Assembly (NCBI GenBank): GCA_963786105.1
Contig: CAWAXX010000018.1
Span: 64,001-128,000, forward strand
From: Vulcanimicrobiota bacterium
GTDB taxonomy: Bacteria; Vulcanimicrobiota; Vulcanimicrobiia; Vulcanimicrobiales; Vulcanimicrobiaceae
DNA length: 64,000 bases
Direction: 5' to 3'
The translations under genes were made by a program, and so were the position numbers. The notes below the pieces were generated by a model, which did no database searches, had not been told where the DNA came from, and was given only the letters and a program-made list of their open reading frames with translations. This document shows positions 36,980-46,369 of this stretch, in pieces. Position 1 is the first letter of the stretch, and each line of letters opens with the position of its first letter.

Positions 36980-39039
36980 CATCCGACCGAACGTTTGCGC
37001 GTTTCGCCGTCGCATGTTCCGCGGCGATTTCTCTGTGCGTCATGACGGCCTGCGGCGGCTCGCCGAACACGCCCAACGGATCCTTCGTCGGTTCACCCGG
37101 CGGCTCGGATCCGCCGCCTACGCAGCTCGTCGGCGTGAATCTCACGGTGACGATTCCGGCCGGCAGCGGCAGGTCGCGAACGCACTCGGGCATGTCGCCG
37201 GGTTACGTTTCGACGGCGACGCAGTCGCTCGCGATCCAGCTCGCTTCGGTCAACGGTGGCGGAGTTAGCGGCATCAACGCCTCGATCGTCGATACGCGGC
37301 CAAAATCGCCGCGTTGCAGCGCACGCGGCGGCGCAACCGTCTGCGAGGCCGTAATTTCCGGCTCACCGGGAAGCGACGTCTTTAGCGTCACCACCTACGA
37401 CGGCCTCAACGCCACCGGTTCAGTGCTGTCGGTCGGTAGCGTTTCGGCGCACATCGGCTCCGGCGGCGGGGGCGTCGGCATCAACAACCTACTATCGCTC
37501 GACCTCAACGGGGTCATCGCCGGGCTCAAACTCTCGCTTTCGCCCAACAACGCCAAACGCGGGAAGGCGCTGGACGCGGCGGTAGCACTCTCGGCCTACG
37601 ACGCAGCCGGCGCGCAAATAATCGGCAACAGCGACTACGAAACGCCGATTACGCTGACCGTTCAGGGCGACTCCACGAGTTCATTTACGCTGCATGCGCC
37701 GGGCCAATCCGGCTCGTCGCTCTCGATCACCAAACCGATGTCGGGCCTTTCCCTGAGCTACGACGGAAACAAACAGGCGTCGTCGATCACCGTTCAGGCG
37801 GGTGTCAACAATACGGGGACCGTCAACGCACCCTTTACGCTCCACGGGCACGTCCCGCCGCCGCCGGTCGGCACGATCTACGCATTGAATCTCGGCACGA
37901 CCGACGGGCGCGGCGCGACCGTCACCGAGTACGACGGCAAAGCCAACGGCAACGCCGCCCCGCTCCGCACGCTGAATCTGGATGGGAAGATGTACGCGCG
38001 CAGCATCGCCGTGGATGCGTCCGGCAATTTATACGTCGGCTACTTCAGCAGCAAGAACTCTCTCGGATTCTTGCCGTCGAACGGGCAGCCGGATACCGGC
38101 AACGTCGTAGCGGTCTTCGCCCCGGGCGCGAGCGGAAGCGATCAGCCAACGGCAATTCTGACTAGCGACAAGAGCACGCAGTCGGCACTGTTCCCGCTCT
38201 ACACCGCCTTCAACGCCTCGGGAGGCTTGGTGGTGTACGGCGCGACGGCCGTCGACGGCAACGATGGTAGCGACGCGGCACTCACGTACGCCGCCGGCGC
38301 TTCCGGTGCCGCCACACCGATGCACGGCTGGAACTTCGCGAGCCCGACGATTCGTTACGCCGGACCGACCGGACTCACGCTCGATGCCGGCGGCAACTTC
38401 TACGTTGCCGGCGCGCTGAGCACGTCACTCGGCCCGAAATACGGCATCTTCGTCGCGTCGGCGGCCGACGTCGGCAATCCGCAAGCCAATCCCGCGCGCA
38501 CGATCCCGTGGGACGACAACACGGAGCTCGCGCCGGGTTTCACCGTCAACGTGGGTCTCGATTCGAGCAGCGAAGTGGTCGTGGCCAATGCGCTGCTGAA
38601 CGTCAGCGGCAGCAACATATCTTGCCAAGGCCGTGCCAACGTCTTCGCGGCCGGCGCGAATGGGGGAACCACCGACGTTCCGCCGCTTCGCGTGCTGACG
38701 CTGCAGGGAATCTTCACGCAAAACGCGCTGTGCGCGCGGCCCGGCACGCCGCTTCAGCCGTTCTTCCCGACGCTGGCGATGTATGCAAATACCCTGTTCG
38801 TCGCGGACGACTTCAACAACGCGCTCGCCGCATTTCCTTCGACCCACGGCGGCACCGTGACGCCGACGCAGCGCATCGCCGGCTCGGCGACCGGCCTCAA
38901 CGCGCCGATCGCCGTGGTCGTCTCACCCCTTTCCGGTCTGGCTGCGGCCCGGCCGGCAACCGGCCGCTCTCAAAGTGTGCCGTCGTTCGTACGCACCAAC
39001 CCACACGTCACACGTTCGATAAGGATGAATACACCATGA
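36976..39039 (+). CDS. Large lipoprotein with Ig-like and beta-propeller (NHL-like) regions
   Basis: MTAC lipobox; repeats IAVDASGNLYV, LTLDAGGNFYV, LFVAD; ATGA overlaps at both ends. Confidence 0.82.
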   Translation: MTSDRTFARFAVACSAAISLCVMTACGGSPNTPNGSFVGSPGGSDPPPTQLVGVNLTVTIPAGSGRSRTHSGMSPGYVSTATQSLAIQLASVNGGGVSGINASIVDTRPKSPRCSARGGATVCEAVISGSPGSDVFSVTTYDGLNATGSVLSVGSVSAHIGSGGGGVGINNLLSLDLNGVIAGLKLSLSPNNAKRGKALDAAVALSAYDAAGAQIIGNSDYETPITLTVQGDSTSSFTLHAPGQSGSSLSITKPMSGLSLSYDGNKQASSITVQAGVNNTGTVNAPFTLHGHVPPPPVGTIYALNLGTTDGRGATVTEYDGKANGNAAPLRTLNLDGKMYARSIAVDASGNLYVGYFSSKNSLGFLPSNGQPDTGNVVAVFAPGASGSDQPTAILTSDKSTQSALFPLYTAFNASGGLVVYGATAVDGNDGSDAALTYAAGASGAATPMHGWNFASPTIRYAGPTGLTLDAGGNFYVAGALSTSLGPKYGIFVASAADVGNPQANPARTIPWDDNTELAPGFTVNVGLDSSSEVVVANALLNVSGSNISCQGRANVFAAGANGGTTDVPPLRVLTLQGIFTQNALCARPGTPLQPFFPTLAMYANTLFVADDFNNALAAFPSTHGGTVTPTQRIAGSATGLNAPIAVVVSPLSGLAAARPATGRSQSVPSFVRTNPHVTRSIRMNTP

Positions 39040-40460
39040 ATAAGGCCCTTGCTACCATGACCATGGCCATGGCCGCCATCCCCGCGCTGTTGCTCAGCGC
39101 GTGTAATGGAAACAGCCAGTCAGGAGTAGCTTCGTTACCAAATGCCGCCGGCGTATCGACGCAGTCGAACGCGCAAGGCGGACACCGCTTGCATCATAAC
39201 GACAATGGCCCGCAAGACCTACATGCGGGCGGCGCAACCTTCCCCGCTTACGGCTACAATCTCGCCAGTCAGCCGGTTGGACTCTATAGCGGCCCGCAAG
39301 CACCTCCCGGAACCGGCTCGCTCTTTGACGCTGCACCGACGACCGGCACGATCTACTACTGTCTCACCGGAAGCGGCGCCGGCCGCAAGCAGTTTGACGG
39401 CGACCCGGCGAGGCTCCCAGGCAACGCCGCTTGCGCCGGACTCGGCGACACGCCGACCGGATTCGGCGGCCGTGGTGAACCGCTCGACTTCCTCGGCAGC
39501 GACGTCATGCTGATCTCGACCGAATACGCAACCTACGCGGCAAATCGCAAAGCCACGCAAGGCGAACCGTTCATCTTCCCGACCATCGGCGGACCGATCG
39601 TCTACGGATTCCGGCCGAAGGATATTAACCATGCCGTCCAACTCTCGCGGTGGAGCTACTGCGCCATCGCCAACGGCACCGTCGGCGACTGGAACGATCC
39701 CGCACTGACCGCCGACAATGGCTCCTCGCTCACCGGCGGCGTGTCGGAGCCGATGACCTTCTACTACCGTTCCGACGGCAGTGGCACCAGCCAAATCTAC
39801 CAGAATCACCTCAGCACGGTGTGTACCGCCAGCTGGCCGGCGCCGTACAACGCGCCGCCGTACGAATCCTCGGGTCACAGCGCGGCCTGGACCTTCGGAC
39901 AGGGCCCGAACTGGCTCGGACCGACGGGACACCAATCCTCCGGTAGCACCTTCGTCGGCGCCAGCGGCAACCCGGGCGTTCTCGCCGGCATCCAATCCAC
40001 GCCGTGGGGCACCGGTTATGTCGAAGGCGCTTATGCCAAGTCGGCCAACCCGAAAGTCAGCCAAGCGCTTCTGCAAAACGGTGCGAACTTCATAAACCCG
40101 ACGAATAAGGCGTCCGTCGTCGCCGCCCTGAAGCCGGTCACCAAATCGGCCATCACGTACGGCGGATGCAGCGACGGCGTCGCGTGCGGCAGTTCTAAGC
40201 CGAAATGCATCCTCTACGTCAGCCTCAGCCACGTCCAATCGCCGCCGGCCGGTGCGTATCCGATCGTCGGCTTCAGTTACATGATGTTCTACGGCCAAAA
40301 CAACGCCCACTACTCCGACGACAAGAAACTCATTGCGTTCATCGCGTCGACCAGCGCCAACTCGATTATCGGTAAACTCGAGTACGCGCCTCTGAGTAAA
40401 TCCATCCACACGGCCATCAACAACGCCCTCAACGGAACCAGCCCCTGCCTCAATCCATAA
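39036..40460 (+). CDS. PstS/DING-family phosphate-binding lipoprotein
   Basis: LSAC lipobox; GGATFPA, TGSGAG, DFLGSD, YRSDGSGTS, GNPGV, GYVE, AYPIVGFSY. Confidence 0.88.
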   Translation: MNKALATMTMAMAAIPALLLSACNGNSQSGVASLPNAAGVSTQSNAQGGHRLHHNDNGPQDLHAGGATFPAYGYNLASQPVGLYSGPQAPPGTGSLFDAAPTTGTIYYCLTGSGAGRKQFDGDPARLPGNAACAGLGDTPTGFGGRGEPLDFLGSDVMLISTEYATYAANRKATQGEPFIFPTIGGPIVYGFRPKDINHAVQLSRWSYCAIANGTVGDWNDPALTADNGSSLTGGVSEPMTFYYRSDGSGTSQIYQNHLSTVCTASWPAPYNAPPYESSGHSAAWTFGQGPNWLGPTGHQSSGSTFVGASGNPGVLAGIQSTPWGTGYVEGAYAKSANPKVSQALLQNGANFINPTNKASVVAALKPVTKSAITYGGCSDGVACGSSKPKCILYVSLSHVQSPPAGAYPIVGFSYMMFYGQNNAHYSDDKKLIAFIASTSANSIIGKLEYAPLSKSIHTAINNALNGTSPCLNP

Positions 40461-40471
40461 TCTCGCAGACG

Positions 40472-41263
40472 ATGCGTTGGTCACTCACGCGTGCCGCATT
40501 CCGGTGCGGCACGCGTGCGCTCTTTATTGCGGTCCTGAGCGCGACGCTGGCGTTAGGCGGATGCAATTCGAGTAGCAACAACACACCGTCGAGCGGTGCG
40601 ACGAAGGCCCAAGTGCGGTTCGTCGAGGGCGCGCCCTCGCTCGAAACGTTGATCAACGGCGCACCCACCGACATCGGAACCTCGGCGTATCTGACCGTCA
40701 ACGGTGCGACCGTCGCCACCTCGTTTCTCTACGGCAGCCGAACGCCGTTCGTGCCGGTTCCCGCCGGCGTTCTTTCGCTTACCGCGTTGAACAGCTTGGG
40801 ATACGCGGTCGGTCCGGTGAAGACGACCGCGGCTTTGACGGCCGCTAAGAGCTATACGGTCGTCTTGCTCGGAGCGTATCCAAACTACCGCGCGCTAACG
40901 TACGAGGAGCCGCCGAGCACCGGTAACGCCACACTTGCGCTCTACGAAGCGTCGCCGTCGTTTCCGTCGGCCGATTTCGGCCGCTTTTCGGCATCGAGCC
41001 GTTCGAACTTCAAAAAACTTGGAACGGCCCGGCTCGGCAGCGTCGTAACCGTTTCGCTCGGCAAGAGCGTGTCGAACCTCGGCGGGTACGTCGGCACCGG
41101 CACCAAGCCGCTCTTCAACGGTACGGTGACGCCGAGCAGCGTCGACGCCTTCGACACCACCAATGCTTTGCCGTTCAACAATGCGAACCGCCTTTCGCTG
41201 TTCGTGTTCGATCCGAAGCCCGGGAGCTTCGTCGGACCCGTTGTCGGGAGTCTCGACCAATGA
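40472..41263 (+). CDS. DUF4397-like lipoprotein
   Basis: LGGC lipobox; AQVRFVE.APS, YVPVPAG-like motif (FVPVPAG), SYTVV. Confidence 0.72.
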   Translation: MRWSLTRAAFRCGTRALFIAVLSATLALGGCNSSSNNTPSSGATKAQVRFVEGAPSLETLINGAPTDIGTSAYLTVNGATVATSFLYGSRTPFVPVPAGVLSLTALNSLGYAVGPVKTTAALTAAKSYTVVLLGAYPNYRALTYEEPPSTGNATLALYEASPSFPSADFGRFSASSRSNFKKLGTARLGSVVTVSLGKSVSNLGGYVGTGTKPLFNGTVTPSSVDAFDTTNALPFNNANRLSLFVFDPKPGSFVGPVVGSLDQ

Positions 41264-42345
41264 AACCGTCTCTATTCTTTACCTACGCGATGGCGGTCGC
41301 CGCCGCGCTTTTGGTGATTTCGGGCTGTGGCGGCGCCGGCGGCAGCGGACCCGCGCCGGTCGCGATTTCGTCGCCGCCGCTGCCGACGCCGACGCCGCCC
41401 GCGCGCCGGCTCTACGTCGACCACAACGGGATTCTCTACGAGTACGCTTTGCCGCTGTCGTCGGCGTCAAAGCCGAAACGAACGCTGGTCGAAGCCCCCG
41501 GCTCGGGACTCCCGCCGCAGATCGCGGTCGATGCGTACGGCAAGATTGCCATCGCGACGCCGACGACGCTGCGCGTTTTCAATCCGCCGATCGATTCGTT
41601 CGCACCCTCGCGCGCAAAGTTGACGTTGACGCTCACACCCGCCATCACCGAAATCGGACAGTCGGGGGCCGATTTGGTCGACATCGAGTACGACCCGAAT
41701 CAGAACCTCTGGCTACTCAATAACCTCGGTGCCGAAATTACCGAACTCACCGCGCCGATATCCACTTCGAGCGTGGCAGCGCTGGCCATCGGCTTCGGCG
41801 CGCCCGGAAGCAAGACGTCCGGGTTTACGACGCTGCTGCAAGCGCGCTTCGACGTGAATGCGGCGCTCTACGTCTTCGCGGCTAATTCCACGCGCGCGTT
41901 GCTCTTCAAAATAAGCTTTCCGTATGCGAAACCGCCTTCGCCGACCGGTCTCGACGTGGGCAACGCCGATTTCGTCGACTCGAGCCAGTATCTCCCGACG
42001 AATCCGAACCCGATACCGGTAATCCTCGGGCAATACAATGGCCGGCTGACGTCGCCGCCGCCCGGATCGCCGCCGCCTCCGCCGATCGACCGGCTCGCGC
42101 AGTTTGCGGAGCCGCTGAACCCCGTACAAGGCCTCTTTCCCGATGCAACCGTCGATACGATCGTCGGGGCTCTGGTGGCCGATCCTCCGCGCAACGCTTT
42201 CTACACGCTCGACGCCATCACCGGACGCCTGAATCAGTGGGGTTTACCGCTGCGCAACCAGGCGACGCCGAAGCTTTCGCTGCCCTGCCTCGGCGGCAGC
42301 AGCAACTGCGTCTCGAAAGGCGAGCACCTCTTCCTCGCTCCCTAG
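41260..42345 (+). CDS. Lipoprotein, probable beta-propeller
   Basis: ISGC lipobox, Pro-rich linker, IAVDAYG / IEYDPNQNLW / RFDVNAALYV blade-like motifs. Confidence 0.78.
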   Translation: MKPSLFFTYAMAVAAALLVISGCGGAGGSGPAPVAISSPPLPTPTPPARRLYVDHNGILYEYALPLSSASKPKRTLVEAPGSGLPPQIAVDAYGKIAIATPTTLRVFNPPIDSFAPSRAKLTLTLTPAITEIGQSGADLVDIEYDPNQNLWLLNNLGAEITELTAPISTSSVAALAIGFGAPGSKTSGFTTLLQARFDVNAALYVFAANSTRALLFKISFPYAKPPSPTGLDVGNADFVDSSQYLPTNPNPIPVILGQYNGRLTSPPPGSPPPPPIDRLAQFAEPLNPVQGLFPDATVDTIVGALVADPPRNAFYTLDAITGRLNQWGLPLRNQATPKLSLPCLGGSSNCVSKGEHLFLAP

Positions 42346-42351
42346 CCCTGT

Positions 42352-42394
42352 GTCATCCTGTGCGGAGCGAGCGTTAGCGAGCGGAGTCGAAGGA
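42352..42394 (+). repeat. REP-like element overlapping the arsC stop
   Basis: gtcatcctgtgcggagcgagcgttagcgagcggagtcgaagga. Confidence 0.8.
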
Positions 42395-42823
42395 CGCATC
42401 GCACACCTCGGTGCACCACGCCTTTACGGCATCGCGTATCTGGTCTCGAATGACCCGTGTCTGCGCGAGGCGTTCTTGCGCCGAACCCTGTAACGTTGCG
42501 GGATCCGCAAAGGTCCAATGAAGCCGTCGAGCCTTACCCGGGAACACCGGGCAGCGTTCGGCGTTGGTTTCGTCGCACACCGTAATCACGTACGAGTACG
42601 TCTTGCCGGACTTGAAAAGATCGAACGCACTCTTGGTCGCGTTCTTGGAAATGTCGATCCCCGCTTCTTGCATCACGGCAACCGCAAGCGGATCGAGCGT
42701 CCCGGGCTCCAGCCCGGCACTCTCGGCCGCGAATTCGTCCGGACAGATACTCGTAAGGAACGCTTCGGCCATTTGACTGCGGGCCGAGTTGCGCACGCAT
42801 ACGAACAGGACCTCGCGTTTCAT
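42374..42823 (-). CDS. arsC: Arsenate reductase (thioredoxin-type, LMW-PTP fold)
   Basis: LFVCVRNSARSQMAEA, VITVCD....RCPVFPG, HW.F.DP; located in the ars operon. Confidence 0.92.
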   Translation of the reverse strand: MKREVLFVCVRNSARSQMAEAFLTSICPDEFAAESAGLEPGTLDPLAVAVMQEAGIDISKNATKSAFDLFKSGKTYSYVITVCDETNAERCPVFPGKARRLHWTFADPATLQGSAQERLAQTRVIRDQIRDAVKAWCTEVCDASFDSAR

Positions 42824-42836
42824 ATGGGCCGTCCTT

Positions 42837-43547
42837 TCAGGTTGCACTCGATTTGCTGCCGCGAGGAAGCAAGACCGTGTCGATGCGGGACTCATTTTTC
42901 GGCGCTAGGAATCGAAAGAGAAACGTCGCGGCGACCGCACCTAGTAGCTCCGCGACGACGAACGCCGGTGCGTCCTGCGGCCGGATACCGGCAAACGTGT
43001 CCGACAACGAGCGGGCGATCGTCACGGCCGGGTTGGCGAACGATGTTGACGACGTAAACCAATACGCCGCCACGATGTAGGCCCCAACGGCGACGGGAAC
43101 GTAGGCCGAGCGAAAGCGCACGCAGCCCCAGATCACCAACAGCAAACCGAACGTCGCGACGAACTCGGCCAACCATTCGTTCGGGCCGCTACGGGCGCGG
43201 TGCGAAGCAAAGAAAAGCGGCAGCCCAAACATGGCGTTGGCAAGAGCGACCCCGGCAACGGCGCCAAAGAGTTGCGCTAGGACGTATACCGGCAGCTCGC
43301 GCCAAGGCAAACCTCTCTGCAAGGCGTTCGCCAGCGACACCGCGGGATTGAAATGCGCCCCCGATATGGATCCCAGCGCGGCGATCAAACACACCAAAAC
43401 CGCGCCGGTCGCGATCGTGTTCGCAAGAAGTGCAATGGCGAGATTCCCGCCGCTCAGCCGTTCCGCCATGATACCCGAACCGACGATGGCGGCCAAAAGA
43501 AACATCGTTCCCAACGCTTCCGCAGCGCTACGCCGAAGCAGCGTCAT
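42837..43547 (-). CDS. MIP-family aquaporin (AqpS-like arsenite channel)
   Basis: ISGAHFNPAVS and STSFANPAVT NPA motifs; lies between arsI-like and arsC. Confidence 0.92.
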   Translation of the reverse strand: MTLLRRSAAEALGTMFLLAAIVGSGIMAERLSGGNLAIALLANTIATGAVLVCLIAALGSISGAHFNPAVSLANALQRGLPWRELPVYVLAQLFGAVAGVALANAMFGLPLFFASHRARSGPNEWLAEFVATFGLLLVIWGCVRFRSAYVPVAVGAYIVAAYWFTSSTSFANPAVTIARSLSDTFAGIRPQDAPAFVVAELLGAVAATFLFRFLAPKNESRIDTVLLPRGSKSSAT

Positions 43548-43559
43548 TCTCCGCGCCAG

Positions 43560-43988
43560 CTACGCGACGCAACAAACGTGCGGTTCTTCGGCGACGCAGC
43601 ACGTCGTATCGCCGTCGCGCTCCAGCGTATCCTCTTGGACGGCGTAGACTTCCCAACGGCGGCCCGAAGGATCGATGGCCCACACCTTCGTTTGATTGGC
43701 ATAGCAGCAGGTCGCCTCGCGTTCGATCGAGGAAACGAGGCCCGCGACTTCGAGGCGGGCTATGGCCCGCTCTACGTCGGCGACCGCGTCGACGCATATG
43801 CCGTAATGCGCGTCGGTTGATGCGGAAACCGAGTCGGTCAGGTCGAGCGCCAGCTCCAGTCCGGGCTGCTCGGTAACGAACAGGGCATAATCGGAGAAGA
43901 GCTTCACCGGCGCCGCATCGAGCAGCGTCGAGTAGAATGCGACGCTGCCCGCCAGATCGCCGGTCGCGAGATTCAGATGAACTTTCAT
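43560..43988 (-). CDS. ArsI/CadI-family VOC metalloenzyme (C-As lyase-like)
   Basis: KVHLNL, HYGI, TCCYA.Q.KVW..DP.G..WEVY. Confidence 0.9.
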   Translation of the reverse strand: MKVHLNLATGDLAGSVAFYSTLLDAAPVKLFSDYALFVTEQPGLELALDLTDSVSASTDAHYGICVDAVADVERAIARLEVAGLVSSIEREATCCYANQTKVWAIDPSGRRWEVYAVQEDTLERDGDTTCCVAEEPHVCCVA

Positions 43989-44314
43989 GCTTCGACTTTC
44001 TGTTGCAAGACCTCAGCGAGGACATCGTTGAGCCGTACGAGCGCGTCCGCGGCCAAGCGATAATAGACCCACGTTCCACGCCGCTCGCACGTCACTAAGC
44101 GCGCGTCGCGCAAGACGCGGAGATGATGCGACACGGTGGGCTGGTTCAACGGTAGCGCCGCCGTGAAATCGCAAACGCATACCTCATCCGCAGATGCCAA
44201 GGTCGCGAGAATCGTGAGCCGATAAGGGTCGCCGAGCGCCCTAAAAAGTGCAGCGCCCGGCTCGAACCCTGCCCGAACGATCTTTGCCGGAGGACAGCAT
44301 CGCTGTATCGACAT
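43985..44314 (-). CDS. arsR: ArsR-family arsenic-responsive repressor
   Basis: FRALGDPYRL, EVCVCDF, QPTVSHHLRVL, RRGTWVYY. Confidence 0.95.
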   Translation of the reverse strand: MSIQRCCPPAKIVRAGFEPGAALFRALGDPYRLTILATLASADEVCVCDFTAALPLNQPTVSHHLRVLRDARLVTCERRGTWVYYRLAADALVRLNDVLAEVLQQKVEA

Positions 44315-44351
44315 TCCTCGATTCTAGGCAACTGCATCGAACTTTGTCAAT
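44307..44351 (-). promoter_or_regulatory. ars promoter (TTGACA-18-TAGAAT) with two ATCGA-N6-TC(G/A)AT operators
   Basis: -35 at 44345-44350, -10 at 44321-44326; inverted repeats at 44307-44322 and 44336-44351. Confidence 0.85.
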
Positions 44352-44361
44352 ACAGCATCGC

Positions 44362-44389
44362 AAAAAAAAAAGCCCGCCGTTAGGCGGGC
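44362..44389 (-). terminator. Rho-independent terminator of tig-clpP-clpX
   Basis: GCCCGCC-taac-GGCGGGC followed by T10; the clpX stop lies in the loop. Confidence 0.92.
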
Positions 44390-45639
44390 ATGTCCTTTTT
44401 CTGCTCTTGCTGATAGATGAGCGTCGGCGACTCTTTCTTCTCGATCACGTCCTTGTTGACGATGCACTTCTTGACGCCTTGCAACGACGGCAAATCGTAC
44501 ATGACCTCCAGCATCGTTTCCTCGAGAATCGAACGGAGTCCGCGCGCGCCGGTCTTGCGGCTTTGCGCCTTGATCGCGATCGCAACCAGGGCCTCCTTCG
44601 TGAACTGGAGGTCGACGCCGTCCATATTCATGATCTTCTGGAACTGGCGTACCAGCGCGTTGCGCGGCTCGGTCAAGATCCGCCGCAGCGCCAACTCGTC
44701 GAGCGCGTCGAGGGTTACCACGATCGGCAACCGTCCGATGAACTCCGGGATCAGCCCGAACTTCAAGAGATCCTCCGGCATCAACTGCTGAAGCAGCTTG
44801 CCGATGCGCGCGTCCCGCTTGCCTTCGGGCTGCGCGCGAAACCCCATGTTGTTCGCCGCAACGCGCGACTCGATAATCCGTTCCAGTCCATCGAACGCGC
44901 CACCGCAGATGAACAGCACGTTGGTGGTGTCGATCTGGATGAACTCCTGATGCGGGTGCTTGCGCCCACCCTGCGGCGGAACGTTGGCGGTCGTTCCCTC
45001 GAGAATCTTGAGAAGCGCCTGCTGCACGCCTTCGCCGGAGACGTCGCGCGTGATCGACGGGTTCTCGCTTTTGCGAGCAATCTTATCGATCTCATCGATG
45101 TAGACGATCCCCTTTTCGGCGCGCTTGACGTCGTAGTCGGCCGCCTGGATCAGCTTGAGGAGAATATTTTCGACGTCTTCTCCCACGTAGCCGGCTTCCG
45201 TGAGCGACGTCGCATCGGCCATCGCCAGCGGAACGTCGAGAATTTTTGCGAGGGTTTGCGCCAGATATGTCTTGCCCGATCCGGTCGGACCCACCAGCAG
45301 AATGTTCGACTTTTGCAGTTCGACGTCGTCGGTTCCGCCGGCGTTGATGCGCTTGTAGTGGTTGTACACCGCTACCGCGAGCGATTTCTTTGCCCGCTCC
45401 TGACCGATGACGTACTGGTTGAGGATGTGATTTATTTCTTTGGGCTTGGGGATGTTGCGCAAGCGCAGGTTCTCGTCGACGTTCTTGTAGAGCTCTTCTT
45501 CGATGATCTCGTTGCAGAGCTCGATGCATTCGTCGCAAATGTAGACCCCGGGGCCCGCGATCAACTTGCGCACTTGCTCCTGCGATTTTCCGCAGAAGCT
45601 GCACTTCAGCTGACCTTTTTCATCTCCAAAGCGGAACAT
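44380..45639 (-). CDS. clpX: ATP-dependent Clp protease ATPase ClpX
   Basis: CSFCGK zinc finger, [29 protein letters not shown]. Confidence 0.99.
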   Translation of the reverse strand: MFRFGDEKGQLKCSFCGKSQEQVRKLIAGPGVYICDECIELCNEIIEEELYKNVDENLRLRNIPKPKEINHILNQYVIGQERAKKSLAVAVYNHYKRINAGGTDDVELQKSNILLVGPTGSGKTYLAQTLAKILDVPLAMADATSLTEAGYVGEDVENILLKLIQAADYDVKRAEKGIVYIDEIDKIARKSENPSITRDVSGEGVQQALLKILEGTTANVPPQGGRKHPHQEFIQIDTTNVLFICGGAFDGLERIIESRVAANNMGFRAQPEGKRDARIGKLLQQLMPEDLLKFGLIPEFIGRLPIVVTLDALDELALRRILTEPRNALVRQFQKIMNMDGVDLQFTKEALVAIAIKAQSRKTGARGLRSILEETMLEVMYDLPSLQGVKKCIVNKDVIEKKESPTLIYQQEQKKDMPA

Positions 45640-45667
45640 CTGCGCGCGGGTTTCCTCCTCGATCCCT

Positions 45668-46276
45668 CTAGGCCGGCGCCGGCAAGCTGTGACGGTCTTC
45701 GAGAATCTGGTCGATTATCCCGTAATCCTTCGCTTCCTCAGCCGTCATGTAATAGTCCCGGTCGATGTCCCGCAACACTTGCTCCAGCGGCTTTTTGGTG
45801 GTTTCTTCGTAGATTCGTGCGACCGTCTGCCGGGTCGCGATCAGGTCGCGCGCGGCGATTTCTACGTCGGTGGCCTGGCCGCCGATCTGCGATACCCACG
45901 GCTGATGGATCAGAATCTTCGCGTGCGGAAGAGCGTAGCGCTTGCCGGCGGCGCCGCCCGTGAGCAGAATCGAGCCCATAGAAGCAGCCATGCCCATGCA
46001 TATCGTGGCCACGTCGGGCTTGATGAACCGCATCGCATCGAACATCGCGAGGCCTGCGGTCACGCTGCCGCCCGGCGAGTTCACGTACATGTCGATGTCC
46101 TTGTCGGGGTCTTCTTTCTCCAAGAACAGCAACTGCGCGATCGCGAGGTTGGCGAGGTGATCGTCGATCGGACCGCCCACGAAAACGATCCGGTCTTTGA
46201 GCAGGCGCGAATAGATGTCGTACGCGCGTTCGCCGCGTGCCGTTTGCTCGACGACCATAGGAACCAGGTGTCCCAT
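45668..46276 (-). CDS. clpP: Clp protease proteolytic subunit
   Basis: [30 protein letters not shown]. Confidence 0.99.
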   Translation of the reverse strand: MGHLVPMVVEQTARGERAYDIYSRLLKDRIVFVGGPIDDHLANLAIAQLLFLEKEDPDKDIDMYVNSPGGSVTAGLAMFDAMRFIKPDVATICMGMAASMGSILLTGGAAGKRYALPHAKILIHQPWVSQIGGQATDVEIAARDLIATRQTVARIYEETTKKPLEQVLRDIDRDYYMTAEEAKDYGIIDQILEDRHSLPAPA

Positions 46277-46369
46277 ATCCTTCTTTACTCTTTCCTTCTT
46301 ATTGGTAAGCCGCCTCAGGGCGCTCGCCTGCTGTAACTACGACGCCGGCCCTAGGGTTTCTTCGTGATA

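Noticed and set aside
39219..40484. 421-aa minus-strand ORF
   Set aside because: Antisense shadow of the PstS-like gene
3610..42394. CRISPR array from the GTCATCCTGAGC repeats
   Set aside because: Copies are dispersed and variable, with no regular spacers and no cas genes
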